Assembly (NCBI GenBank): GCA_028279475.1
Contig: JANQNR010000004.1
Coordinates: 450,393 to 514,392, forward strand
DNA length: 64,000 nt
From: Rickettsiales bacterium
GTDB lineage: Bacteria; Pseudomonadota; Alphaproteobacteria; Rickettsiales; UBA998
Reading direction: 5' to 3'
Made by a program: the position numbers and the translations under genes. The notes beneath the pieces were generated by a model. That model saw only the letters and a list, made by a program, of their open reading frames with translations, did not search any database and was not told the DNA's origin. This document shows, piece by piece, positions 29,189-38,765 of this stretch (within the stretch, counting starts at the first letter, position 1; each line of letters begins with the position of its first letter).

Positions 29189-30772
29189 ATGACGCCCAAA
29201 GTACTGATCTCTGACAAACTCAGCCCCCTCGCCGCCGACATTTTCAAGCAGCGCGGCATTGACGTGGATACCAAAACCGGTATGTCCCCGGAAGAACTGG
29301 CCGCCTGCATCGGTGAATACCACGGACTGGCCATTCGCTCTGCGACCAAAGTCACGACCGAAATTCTGAAAGCCGCCACCAATCTCAAAGTCGTTGGACG
29401 CGCCGGTATTGGTGTGGATAATGTCGACATCCCGGCGGCCTCTTCCCATGGCGTAGTGGTCATGAATACGCCATTTGGTAATTCCGTGACTACGGCAGAG
29501 CATGCTATCTCTATGATGATGGCACTGGCGCGTAGCATTCCGCAGGCCAATGCTTCTACCCATGCCGGGAAATGGGAAAAAAGCAAATTTATGGGGACGG
29601 AATTATACGGAAAAACGCTGGGACTCATCGGCTGCGGAAATATCGGCTCGATTGTCGCCGACCGCGCTCAGGGACTGAAAATGAAAGTGATTGCCTATGA
29701 TCCGTTCCTTTCCGGAGAGCGCGCCAAAGACATCAACATTGAAAAAGTAGAGCTGGACGATTTGTTGGGTCGTGCCGACGCAATTACCCTGCATACCCCA
29801 CTTAATGATGCCACCCGCAATATTCTGAACAGCGAAACACTGGCGAAGACCAAAAAGGGCGTCCTACTGGTGAATTGTGCACGGGGTGGGCTGATTCACG
29901 AGGGTGATCTGAAGGCGGCACTGGAATCCGGTCAGATCGGCGGCGCGGCACTGGATGTATTTGAGGAAGAACCAGCCAAAGACAATCCGTTATTTGGCCT
30001 TGAAAACGTGATCTGCACGCCGCATCTGGGTGCTTCCACGGAAGAAGCGCAAGTGAATGTCGCCTTGCAGGTTGCGGAACAAATGTCGGATTACCTACTG
30101 GATGGGTCGGTCACTAATGCATTGAATATGCCCTCAGTCTCTGCTGAAGATGCCGCCAAGCTGGCACCATACCTGAAACTGGCCGAATTACTGGGCAGCT
30201 TCGCAGGGCAGATTACAGAAACCGGTCTGAAGGAAGTGCATATCGAATATCGCGGTCACTTGGCCGGACTGAACACCAAGCCCCTAACGGCGGTGGCACT
30301 GAAAGGGCTCCTAGAAACGCTGGTACAAAGCGTCAATATGGTCAATGCGCCGGTAGTTGCTAAAGAGCGCAATATCAGTATCAGCGAAACCACCAACGAT
30401 GATGCCGGTAATTATCGTTCCCTCATGCGTATCACGGTTACAACGGAACGCCGCTCACGGGCTGTTGCCGGAACGATCTTCGGGCAGCAACCTCGTATCG
30501 TTGAAATTCATGGCACCAAGCTGGAAGCCAGCATTTCCGAGCGTATGCTATACGTAAACAACGAAGACAAGCCCGGCCTGATCGGTAATCTTGGAAAACT
30601 GCTGGGTGATGCGTCTGTCAATATTGCTAACTTTCATTTGGGAAGAAGTGATGACGGCAAGGAGGCAGTGGCGCTGGTTGAAGTCGATCAAGCAGTGGAC
30701 GAGACGCTACAAGAAGCCATTTCGGCATTACCCAGTGTAAAGCAGGTACGGCTGATGCAATTCCGACTTTAA
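29189..30772 (+). CDS. serA: D-3-phosphoglycerate dehydrogenase
   Basis: 527 aa with the NAD-binding motif GLIGCGNIGS, CTPHLGAST, and a C-terminal ACT domain. Confidence 0.95.
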   Translation: MTPKVLISDKLSPLAADIFKQRGIDVDTKTGMSPEELAACIGEYHGLAIRSATKVTTEILKAATNLKVVGRAGIGVDNVDIPAASSHGVVVMNTPFGNSVTTAEHAISMMMALARSIPQANASTHAGKWEKSKFMGTELYGKTLGLIGCGNIGSIVADRAQGLKMKVIAYDPFLSGERAKDINIEKVELDDLLGRADAITLHTPLNDATRNILNSETLAKTKKGVLLVNCARGGLIHEGDLKAALESGQIGGAALDVFEEEPAKDNPLFGLENVICTPHLGASTEEAQVNVALQVAEQMSDYLLDGSVTNALNMPSVSAEDAAKLAPYLKLAELLGSFAGQITETGLKEVHIEYRGHLAGLNTKPLTAVALKGLLETLVQSVNMVNAPVVAKERNISISETTNDDAGNYRSLMRITVTTERRSRAVAGTIFGQQPRIVEIHGTKLEASISERMLYVNNEDKPGLIGNLGKLLGDASVNIANFHLGRSDDGKEAVALVEVDQAVDETLQEAISALPSVKQVRLMQFRL

Positions 30773-32076
30773 AACAATTCGCAGTCGTCCTCCTGTGCCT
30801 CACTTTTTTCTCCGGCCACCTTAAACGCTTGGCTGGAGTCGCGGAGGATACTGGACACTTCCCCAATTCGCTGTGCCAGGTTCTGCACCTGATCGGCATG
30901 TTCTTTTGCCTTTTCGGATGAGTTGTGCAGATTCTCCGCATTGGTAGCAGTCTGCTGAGCAATGACCGCCGCATTCCCGGCGCTGGCTTCGATTTCCATA
31001 TTGCTTTCTGATACTTCGGAAACACTTCCTGCTACAGTACTGGCGTTTCCTGCGGCCTTTTGTACTAACTCCGCCATTTCCTGCATGGCCATGGTTTGCT
31101 GACCGATCGCAGACGATACCGATGTGACCGATTCCCGTATCTTATTCATAATATCGCTGATATCGGAGATTACACGAGATGTCCCCTCTGATTGTTGCTG
31201 CATATGTTGCACCTTGTTACGAATATCTTCCGTGGCATCGGCCGTCTGTCTGGCCAGTGACTTGACCTCCCCGGCCACCACGGCAAACCCTTCCCCCGCT
31301 TCCCCGGCGCGCGCCGCTTCAATTGTCGCGTTCAGCGCCAGTAAATTGGTCTGTTTGGCAATACCTTCAATAAATCCAACGACATCGCCAATTTCCACGG
31401 AAGCCCCCGTTAAATTTGCAATGGCTCCGTTCGCTTCATTGACTAGCCGCTCAGATTCGTCGGTAATGGTAGACACGGTACGCATATTCCCGGCAATATT
31501 CTGTACGGAAACTGTCATTTCTTCCACCGTATGTGACACAGACTCCATATGCCCCGACATATGGCGCGCATTTTCGGCAATGACACACACACGGTCATGA
31601 ATTTCACTGACCAGCTTGGCGTTACCACTGGAGATTGTGGCAGCATTCTCCGTCACTTCGGTAATTTCATGGGAATCCTGTGCATTTTTTTGTGACAGTT
31701 CAGACAAACCCGCCGCTAATTCAATGAGGTCATCCGATGCACTGGCCAGGGTGACGGCATATTGTGTCATTCCCATCACCATGTTTTGCAATTCGGCCAG
31801 AAACGGATTAAACAGATGTGCAATAGTAGCCGTTCCACTGCCACGACGTTCATTCAGACGACATGTCAGATCAATCGTGCCATCCCCCATAATATCCCGT
31901 ATCTGCCGCTCCAGTGAGTCTGAAACCCCTGTCCCATGGATCGTTGGAATAAACAGGCGTATTAGTAACCATACCAGCTGCACAAGAAAAAGGGCCGCCA
32001 TCATAGCAATAAGCCAGAGTGCCATATCGCCCTGGATGTTTGCTTCCACCCATGCCTGTATCTTCGACAAATCCAT
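30769..32076 (-). CDS. methyl-accepting chemotaxis protein (single N-terminal TM, no periplasmic sensor domain)
   Basis: Highly conserved signalling hairpin IAKQTNLLALNATIEAARAGEAGEGFAVVAGEVKSLA and a HAMP-like DLTCRLNERRGSGTATIAHLFNPFLAEL. The track start at 32109 is TTG, so I prefer the ATG at 32076. Confidence 0.88.
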   Translation of the reverse strand: MDLSKIQAWVEANIQGDMALWLIAMMAALFLVQLVWLLIRLFIPTIHGTGVSDSLERQIRDIMGDGTIDLTCRLNERRGSGTATIAHLFNPFLAELQNMVMGMTQYAVTLASASDDLIELAAGLSELSQKNAQDSHEITEVTENAATISSGNAKLVSEIHDRVCVIAENARHMSGHMESVSHTVEEMTVSVQNIAGNMRTVSTITDESERLVNEANGAIANLTGASVEIGDVVGFIEGIAKQTNLLALNATIEAARAGEAGEGFAVVAGEVKSLARQTADATEDIRNKVQHMQQQSEGTSRVISDISDIMNKIRESVTSVSSAIGQQTMAMQEMAELVQKAAGNASTVAGSVSEVSESNMEIEASAGNAAVIAQQTATNAENLHNSSEKAKEHADQVQNLAQRIGEVSSILRDSSQAFKVAGEKSEAQEDDCELF

Positions 32077-32279
32077 GTTGTTCACCCCACTACAAACGTG
32101 ATAATGCAACTTTATAGGGTATTTGTGGTTAATTTTCTATTTATAGGAGCTTAAACCAACCATATAACAACTTTTAGATGATAGGTTGTTGTATAGCACT
32201 TCAAACATGAAAAGCTATACTCGACCTCCAGCTTTGAAATCTTTCACAGGGAGTCGTCAAAGCTGAACAGGTATATATG

Positions 32280-33281
32280 TTATTCCCACCCATATGAGCG
32301 GCTTAGCAAGGCATCAATACCTTCCATTACCGAGACCCGACCTTTTAGAATATCGGCAACCGCTACCGAGATCGGCATGGACACGCCCAGTTTAATAGAT
32401 AAATCATAGGCCGCTTCTGCCGTGAGCATCCCTTCCGCCAGACCGCTCGGCGTAATGGGTACATCGTCTTCTTCTGACAAACCGGATTTTCCAATGGTCA
32501 TTCCCAACGCCTTATTGCGGGATTTTTCGCTAGCGCAGCTAAGCATCAGGTCGCCTAACCCGGAAAGGCCCTGTAAGGTTTCCTTGCGTCCCCCTTTTGC
32601 TTCTGCCAGACGCATCATTTCGGCCAGCCCACGGGTCATAATTGCCGCACGCGCATTCTCTCCCAGCCCCGCACCAATCGTGATCCCGCATGCCATGGCA
32701 ATGACGTTCTTTAACGCCCCACCCACCTGTACGGAAATCACATCATCTGACATATATGGACGAAAATACTTACTGCTCATCAGAAATTGCAAGTGCTCCA
32801 GCAGCTGTTCATGGCGCGATGCCAGCACCGTTGCCGTCGGTAGCCCCTGCGCCGCCTCCAGTGCAAAATTCGGCCCGGAGAGCACCGCCACCGGGTTGAA
32901 CGGGAGCGTCACGTCGAAGACTTCTGACATCAACAGCAAACTGCCACGCTCGATCCCCTTGGATGCCACTACCAACGGCACATGGGTGTCGATCATGTCA
33001 GCCAGAGAAATACACATGGTGCGCATGGACTGGGATGGAATGGCCAGAACCAGCACGTCGCATTCCACCACCTCATTCAAATCATCGGTGATGGTGATGG
33101 ACGGTTCAATAAACACGTCCGGCAGATAGCGCTGATTAACCCGGCTTTGCCGCATACCCTCCGTATGGCGGGCACTGCGCGCCCAAAGCGTTACTTCCGC
33201 CCCGGCACGGTTCAATACAATCGCCAGCGCCGTTCCCCACGCCCCGGCACCGATAACGCCGATCTTATTCCCTTCGGTCAT
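32280..33281 (-). CDS. gpsA: NAD(P)H-dependent glycerol-3-phosphate dehydrogenase
   Basis: IGVIGAGAWGTALA Rossmann motif in a 333-aa protein. Its ATG overlaps the ileS stop (ATGA). Confidence 0.93.
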   Translation of the reverse strand: MTEGNKIGVIGAGAWGTALAIVLNRAGAEVTLWARSARHTEGMRQSRVNQRYLPDVFIEPSITITDDLNEVVECDVLVLAIPSQSMRTMCISLADMIDTHVPLVVASKGIERGSLLLMSEVFDVTLPFNPVAVLSGPNFALEAAQGLPTATVLASRHEQLLEHLQFLMSSKYFRPYMSDDVISVQVGGALKNVIAMACGITIGAGLGENARAAIMTRGLAEMMRLAEAKGGRKETLQGLSGLGDLMLSCASEKSRNKALGMTIGKSGLSEEDDVPITPSGLAEGMLTAEAAYDLSIKLGVSMPISVAVADILKGRVSVMEGIDALLSRSYGWE

Positions 33282-36200
33282 GCACTCGCCACTTCCTTCT
33301 GCGACTTACGGAACCAGATCGTCAGGCCGCTTTCCTGCGTGAACAGATGGTCGCTGGCCTGCTGCTGCACGCCCAATGACTCCACCAGGGTTTGTTCACA
33401 AATATAGTCGGCAAACTGCGTAATGGCCTTCGCCGTTTCCTCATCGGCAGCAAAGCCTAACGCAATCCGATCTGATACCTCCAGCCCGGCTTCCTTGCGC
33501 GACTGCTGGATCAGGCGCACCACATCGCGGGCAATGCCTTCCTGTGTGAGTGCTTCCGTGAGGGTCGTATCGAGCACCACCAGACCGTCCTGTGCGGCAA
33601 GCGCCCCTGCTCCTTCGGTAATGGTTGATTCCAGCGTGAACTCGAACTCATCTGCGCTGAGTGTCTCCCCTTCAATTGCCACTGACCCATTGTCGTTGAA
33701 TGCCCACGCACCATTGCGTGACGCAGCGGTGATTGCCTTCATCTTCGGCCCCAGCCGCTTGCCCACCACGGGAAAATTGATTTTGAGTTTGCGCGTTGCT
33801 ACCTGTTCCAGATCATCAGAGAAGATCACCTCCTTCACATTGGTTTCATCGGCAATCAGGGTCTTGAAATAGTCTGGCTGGGTGGCGATGTTGGCACCAT
33901 ACACCGTCAGCGCTGCCAACGGCTGGCGGATGCGAATCCCCACCTCATTGCGGACGGCATGGGCGGTGTTGCAGATATCTTGCACCCGATCCATCGCCTG
34001 CATTAAAGGGATGTCAGCGCCTAACGCATCCAGTTCGGTGGGGTAATCGGTGAGGTGAACGCTCGTTTCACCTGATACCCCTCGATACACCGCCTCGCTC
34101 ACTTGCGGTAGCAGCGGCGCGACCACCCGGCACAGCGTATGAAGCACCGAATAAAGCGTGTTATAGGCCGCCAGCTTGTCGGCGTCCTGCTCATCCTTCC
34201 AGAATCGCGCCCGGTTGCGGCGGATATACCAATTATTCAACACCTCCAGAAATGCCGTCACCTCGCTGCACGCTGTTGGTGTATCATAGGCATCCAGCGC
34301 CTCGCGCACTCCATCGACGCACGTCTTCAGCTTCGCCAGGATATAACGATCCATTAGGTTGTCGGAACTCAGATCATATTCCGCTTGTATCCCATCCGCA
34401 TTGGCATACAGGCAGAAGAAATGATACGCATTCCACAGCGGCTTAATGTAGAGCCGCACCGCATCACGAATAAACGCTCCTTCCGGGTCAAGGAACAACT
34501 CATTGCCGCGCATGATGGTGGAGGAGAGCATGAACCAGCGCAGCGCATCCGAACCATACGTATCAAACAGCTCGTTGGGATCCATGTAGTTCTTGAGACG
34601 CTTGGACAGTTTTCGTCCTTGATTATCCAGTACTACCCCATGACAAATGCAGTTCTTGAACGGGATCGAATCAAACAGCCCGACCGAGAGCACCATCATG
34701 TTGTAGAACCATCCGCGCGTCTGCGCCTCATATTCCACAATGAAATCCGCCGGGAAATTCGCCTCGAACCAATCCTTATTCTCAAACGGGTAATGCACCT
34801 GCGCATAGGGCATCGAGCCGGACTCAAACCAGCAATCGAACACCTCATCGACACGCCGGATCGTATAGTCCGGGTTCTCCGGGTCGGGCTTGGTGAGCGT
34901 ATCAATGAATGGCTTGTGCAGATCACTCACCTCCACGCCGAAAAATTCCTCTAACTCAGCAATGGAACCAAACACATAGAGCCGGTCATTGTCCGGGTTA
35001 TCGGAGCGCCAGACCGGGATCGGACACCCCCAGAAACGCGAGCGGCTGATCGACCATTCACGGGCATTTTCCAGCCATTTGCCAAAGCGGCCACTACGAA
35101 TGTGATTGGGGATCCAGTTGATCTGCTGGTTTAACTCCACCATCCGGTCACGAATCTTTGGCACATCGACAAACCAGCTCGACATCGCTTTATAGATGAT
35201 CGGCTTATCAGTACGCCAGCAATGCGGGTAATTATGCGCGTAGTCCTCCTGTTTCACCAGATGACCGGTGAGTTTCAGCCAGTTGATAATGCGTAGATTC
35301 GCCAACCCGTATTTCTCCAGCTGCGCCTCGGTGTAGGGTTCGGCGTCGCACTTGCCTTCTGTTTCAGCAATGACGTTAAGGCCTTTGAGGGATAGCGGAG
35401 CATCTCCCTCAAGATCATACATCGCATCCGTGTAGCGCCCTTGCTCATTAACCGGCACCACCACATCAATATCATTTTCAGCACAGATGCGCTGGTCATC
35501 CTCACCAAAACCCGGCGCCATATGGACAATCCCGGTGCCGGAGCCTTCCTCGATGAAATCAGACCCATCCAGCACCCGAAATGCATTCGGCTGATCGGCG
35601 AAATAAGGAAAGAGTGGTTCGTAGGACAGACCGATGAGGTCTTTGCCGGGAATGATCGGTAATTCTGCTAGGGGATATGATTCTTCGCCTGACTGTTTTA
35701 ATGATTGAGCAATACGTTCAATCTCTTCAGGTGTCGGCTCAATGTTCAAAGCATCCTTATAAAAACCATAAGCCCACTCAGCAAAAATATAACAGGCTCT
35801 TAACTCCTCCCCCCGTTTACGGGGGGAGGTTGGGTGGGGGGCTTTCACGGCATCAACAATTTTATCGTACACGCCCTCGCTGTTCTCCAGCACCTCATTA
35901 TTCCAGAATCGTAATACACGGTAACCGGCTTCTTCTAAGAAGGCAGTGCGCGCATCATCATATGACTGCGCTGCATCATGCTGACCACCATCCAATTCAA
36001 TAATAAGTCCCTTTTCTACACAGGCAAAATCAGTGATATAGTTTCCAACTGAATGCTGACGACGAAATTTGCATCCTTCAAGCTGTTTGCTACGTAGCAG
36101 TTTCCATAATTTTTTCTCTGCTTCTGTTGCATGTACACGTAAATCTTTTGCATGTTCGAGTGCTTGTTGGTCACGGGTTGTGTACTTATCACGACTGAAG

Positions 36201-37096
36201 TCACTAGTGGCAACAGCCCCCCTCCTGCCTCCCCCCGCAAGCGGGGGGAGGTGTTCTTTTTCAACTGTTACAGCCACATACCCCATCTCGCCACTCGCCG
36301 CTAATGCCAGATTGCTTGGCAATGTCCACGGCGTGGTTGTCCAGGCAAGCACATAATATTCATCGGCTTCTGGCGCACCTTCCGGCTTCTCTTTCAACTT
36401 AAACGCCACCGTCACCGCCTTATCCACCTTCTCACGTGTGGCGTCATCCAGGCGGATTTCGGCATTAGAGAGCACCGTCTCCGCCGCCCAGCTATAAGGC
36501 ATCACCTTAAAGCCCTCATAGATCAGGCCTTTCTTATGCAACTCCGAAAACGCCCACAGCACCGACTCCATATAGGGCGTATCCATCGTTTTGTAATCGT
36601 TCTCAAAATCGACCCAGCGCGCCTGCCGGTTCACATACGCTTCCCACTCATCACGGTATCGCATGACCGAGGTGCGGCAATGGTCGTTAAACTTGTCAAT
36701 CCCATGGGCGATAATCTCCTGCCGCCCGGAGACGCCCAGCTGCTTCTCCGCCTCCATCTCGGCCGGCAACCCATGACAATCCCAGCCGAAGCGCCGATCG
36801 ACGCGCTTGCCTCGCATCGTCTGGTAGCGCGCCACCGCATCTTTCACATACCCGGTCAGCAAGTGGCCGTGATGCGGCAGGCCATTAGCGAAAGGCGGGC
36901 CATCATAGAAGACATACGCATTACTGCTGCCGTCACTATTCTGCGCCGGACGGCCTTCCACCGACGCTTCAAACACGCCCTGCTCGTTCCAGAATGCCAG
37001 CACCTCTTGTTCCATTGTCGGGAAATGCACATCGGATTGTACGGACGGATAGGGCGCCGCCTCGCCGGTTTTGCTCGTTTTTTCCATGGGACGCAC
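33278..37096 (-). CDS. ileS: isoleucine--tRNA ligase (eukaryote-like/type-2 architecture) carrying an in-frame DUF559 insertion
   Basis: HIGH motif PHHGHLLTG, editing-domain motif WTTTPWTLPSN and KMSKS motif KLSKRL are all intact. The N-terminus FPTMEQEVLAFWNEQGVFE is typical of type-2 IleRS. The product is 1272 aa, about 150 aa longer than expected because of the insert at about aa 280-432. The start at 37096 is GTG, with an alternative ATG at 37087. Confidence 0.93.
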   Translation of the reverse strand: MRPMEKTSKTGEAAPYPSVQSDVHFPTMEQEVLAFWNEQGVFEASVEGRPAQNSDGSSNAYVFYDGPPFANGLPHHGHLLTGYVKDAVARYQTMRGKRVDRRFGWDCHGLPAEMEAEKQLGVSGRQEIIAHGIDKFNDHCRTSVMRYRDEWEAYVNRQARWVDFENDYKTMDTPYMESVLWAFSELHKKGLIYEGFKVMPYSWAAETVLSNAEIRLDDATREKVDKAVTVAFKLKEKPEGAPEADEYYVLAWTTTPWTLPSNLALAASGEMGYVAVTVEKEHLPPLAGGGRRGAVATSDFSRDKYTTRDQQALEHAKDLRVHATEAEKKLWKLLRSKQLEGCKFRRQHSVGNYITDFACVEKGLIIELDGGQHDAAQSYDDARTAFLEEAGYRVLRFWNNEVLENSEGVYDKIVDAVKAPHPTSPRKRGEELRACYIFAEWAYGFYKDALNIEPTPEEIERIAQSLKQSGEESYPLAELPIIPGKDLIGLSYEPLFPYFADQPNAFRVLDGSDFIEEGSGTGIVHMAPGFGEDDQRICAENDIDVVVPVNEQGRYTDAMYDLEGDAPLSLKGLNVIAETEGKCDAEPYTEAQLEKYGLANLRIINWLKLTGHLVKQEDYAHNYPHCWRTDKPIIYKAMSSWFVDVPKIRDRMVELNQQINWIPNHIRSGRFGKWLENAREWSISRSRFWGCPIPVWRSDNPDNDRLYVFGSIAELEEFFGVEVSDLHKPFIDTLTKPDPENPDYTIRRVDEVFDCWFESGSMPYAQVHYPFENKDWFEANFPADFIVEYEAQTRGWFYNMMVLSVGLFDSIPFKNCICHGVVLDNQGRKLSKRLKNYMDPNELFDTYGSDALRWFMLSSTIMRGNELFLDPEGAFIRDAVRLYIKPLWNAYHFFCLYANADGIQAEYDLSSDNLMDRYILAKLKTCVDGVREALDAYDTPTACSEVTAFLEVLNNWYIRRNRARFWKDEQDADKLAAYNTLYSVLHTLCRVVAPLLPQVSEAVYRGVSGETSVHLTDYPTELDALGADIPLMQAMDRVQDICNTAHAVRNEVGIRIRQPLAALTVYGANIATQPDYFKTLIADETNVKEVIFSDDLEQVATRKLKINFPVVGKRLGPKMKAITAASRNGAWAFNDNGSVAIEGETLSADEFEFTLESTITEGAGALAAQDGLVVLDTTLTEALTQEGIARDVVRLIQQSRKEAGLEVSDRIALGFAADEETAKAITQFADYICEQTLVESLGVQQQASDHLFTQESGLTIWFRKSQKEVASA
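35806..35829. repeat. GC hairpin CCTCCCCCCG-ttta-CGGGGGGAGG (distal boundary of DUF559 cassette)
   Basis: Perfect 10-bp stem read directly. On the minus strand it encodes ...SPRKRGEE.... Confidence 0.9.
36228..36251. repeat. GC hairpin CCTCCCCCCGC-aa-GCGGGGGGAGG (proximal boundary of DUF559 cassette)
   Basis: Perfect palindrome read directly, with the same 10-nt arm as 35806-35829. On the minus strand it encodes ...PPLAGGGRRG.... Confidence 0.9.
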
Positions 37097-37129
37097 TCTA
37101 CACCATGCGCGCGTAGATGCAATATATCG

Positions 37130-37678
37130 TTACAGTGAGAGCACCGTCAGGTTTTCATTCGTGTAGACGCAAATATCAGCGGCGATTTTCATCGCTTTTC
37201 GTGCAACCTCTTCTGGCGTTAAATCTTTCTGCCCCGCCAATGCACGCGCTGCCGCCAGCGCATAATTCCCACCTGAACCGATTCCTGCAATTCCGTCCTC
37301 CGGCTCCAGCACGTCCCCTGTACCGCTCAGAATCAGCGTGGTTTCCTTATCGGCGACAATCATCATCGCTTCCAGACGGCGCAGATAGCGATCCGTCCGC
37401 CAGTCCTTGGCCAGTTCCACGCACGCGCGTGTCAACTGCCCTGGGTGCTTCTCCAGTTTCCCTTCCAGCCGCTCAAACAGGGTGAACGCATCCGCCGTTG
37501 CCCCGGCAAATCCGGCAATGATGGAACCATCCGCCAAAGTGCGCACCTTCTTCGCTGTTGCCTTAATCACGGTTTGCCCCAGGCTTACCTGCCCATCCCC
37601 GGCCAGCACCACTGTATCCCCTTTACGTACGGAAAGAATGGTCGTGGCGTGCCAGCTTGTGTGTTGATCGTCGCTCAT
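37130..37678 (-). CDS. hslV: ATP-dependent protease subunit HslV
   Basis: 182 aa with an N-terminal TTILSVRKG motif (the catalytic Thr is exposed after removal of the N-terminal leader) and [14 protein letters not shown]. Confidence 0.95.
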   Translation of the reverse strand: MSDDQHTSWHATTILSVRKGDTVVLAGDGQVSLGQTVIKATAKKVRTLADGSIIAGFAGATADAFTLFERLEGKLEKHPGQLTRACVELAKDWRTDRYLRRLEAMMIVADKETTLILSGTGDVLEPEDGIAGIGSGGNYALAAARALAGQKDLTPEEVARKAMKIAADICVYTNENLTVLSL

Positions 37679-37737
37679 GCCACCCTATGTAATGCGCTGC
37701 GAGGCAAAAGTGAAGGGCTGAATCCGTTTTATTGCTG

Positions 37738-38133
37738 CTAACGACGCCTTGTTCGATCTGAAGGATTCGTATCCGGTAGAATAACCAGCTGCGACACCGG
37801 GTATAGGCTGGAATCAATAATCTCCGTCGATGATGTCCGGCGCAGCCCGTCATGGTAAAGACAACGTGTTTCGATCCATGCAATACTGTCTGGATTTTGA
37901 ACATTCAGCGCCTGCTCACGGGTGATAGTCATCGCCTGACGGGCACATGCCTGACGGCAGAGGCTTTCACTCTGAGACGCTTGACCACTGAGCTGTTCGG
38001 TTGAAAAATGCTGTAATACCCGTGCTGCATCCTTGTAATTGCGCAATATCGAGCACTCACCGGCCTGCACTCTGTCTGCAACCAATAACATCCCCAGAAA
38101 CCCCAATAATGGGAGAATGACTTGTGTTTTCAT
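37738..38133 (-). CDS. hypothetical secreted Cys-containing protein
   Basis: Signal peptide MKTQVILPLLGFLGMLLVADRVQA, five Cys residues, and no family I recognise. Confidence 0.45.
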   Translation of the reverse strand: MKTQVILPLLGFLGMLLVADRVQAGECSILRNYKDAARVLQHFSTEQLSGQASQSESLCRQACARQAMTITREQALNVQNPDSIAWIETRCLYHDGLRRTSSTEIIDSSLYPVSQLVILPDTNPSDRTRRR

Positions 38134-38175
38134 GCATTCTATTCTACATAGAAAATCTTAAAAAAGAGGAACGCC

Positions 38176-38763
38176 ATGCGCACCGCAACTGTAGAACGCA
38201 ACACGAAAGAAACCGGCATTAGCGCCACTCTCACCATTGAAGGTTCCGGAAGCTATGATATCGCTACCGGCATCGGCTTTCTGGATCATATGTTGCAGCA
38301 GCTTTCCCGCCACAGTCTGATGGACATTATGCTCAAAGCCGAGGGTGATCTGCACATTGATGCGCACCACACCACGGAGGATAGCGGTATTGTGCTGGGT
38401 AGCGCACTCAAACAGGCGCTGGGAGATCGCGCCGGGATCGAACGCTACGGGCACGCCTATATTCCGATGGATGAAACCCTGTCACGGGTGAGCGTCGATC
38501 TGTCCGGGCGCCCTTACCTTGTCTGGAACGTGAATTTTACTCAGGACCGGTTGGGAGAAATGGATACGGAACTGTTCCGTGAATGGTTTCAGGGATTTAC
38601 CTTTGCTCTGGGAGCCAATATCCATGTGGAAAACCTGTATGGGATGAATAATCACCATATCATCGAGTCCTGCTTCAAAGGGTTGGCACGAGCACTCAAG
38701 GTCGCAACGGCAATTGATCCTCGGCAAGCGTCCGCTATTCCTTCTACGAAGGGAGTGCTGTAA
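38176..38763 (+). CDS. hisB: imidazoleglycerol-phosphate dehydratase
   Basis: [21 protein letters not shown] and [11 protein letters not shown] motifs in a 195-aa protein. Confidence 0.96.
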   Translation: MRTATVERNTKETGISATLTIEGSGSYDIATGIGFLDHMLQQLSRHSLMDIMLKAEGDLHIDAHHTTEDSGIVLGSALKQALGDRAGIERYGHAYIPMDETLSRVSVDLSGRPYLVWNVNFTQDRLGEMDTELFREWFQGFTFALGANIHVENLYGMNNHHIIESCFKGLARALKVATAIDPRQASAIPSTKGVL

Positions 38764-38765
38764 CC

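Larger units (their letters stand above)
35806..36251 (-). mobile_element. DUF559 (Vsr-like endonuclease) cassette inserted in-frame in ileS, bracketed by near-identical GC hairpins
   Basis: The translated insert reads ...AKDLRVHATEAEKKLWKLLRSKQLEGCKFRRQHSVGNYITDFACVEKGLIIELDGGQHD....YDDARTAFLEEAGYRVLRFWNNEVLENSEGVYDKIVDAV. This matches the full-length DUF559 pattern (TxAEkxLWxxLRxxQLxGxKFRRQxxxGxYIxDFxCxxxxLxxExDGxxH...RxxxLxxxGYxVLRFxNxEV). Hairpins flank it at both ends. Hand-counted G+C is about 42% inside (36061-36180) against about 55% in flanking ileS (36421-36480). Confidence 0.8.

Noticed and set aside
30769-32076. MCP without a periplasmic ligand-binding domain as an unusual receptor
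   Set aside because: Membrane-anchored MCPs with a short N-terminus plus HAMP and signalling domains are a common topology class. The C-terminal ...DDCELF does not match the NWETF-type tether.
33278-37096. Possibility that the ileS insertion is an intein or a group I/II intron
   Set aside because: The insert has none of the intein hallmarks. There is no Cys/Ser/Thr at a plausible N-extein junction followed by the A/B blocks, and no terminal His-Asn plus Cys/Ser/Thr. It is translated in-frame, and its sequence matches a DUF559/Vsr-like nuclease rather than a LAGLIDADG or HNH homing endonuclease. No intron-like catalytic RNA motifs were seen.
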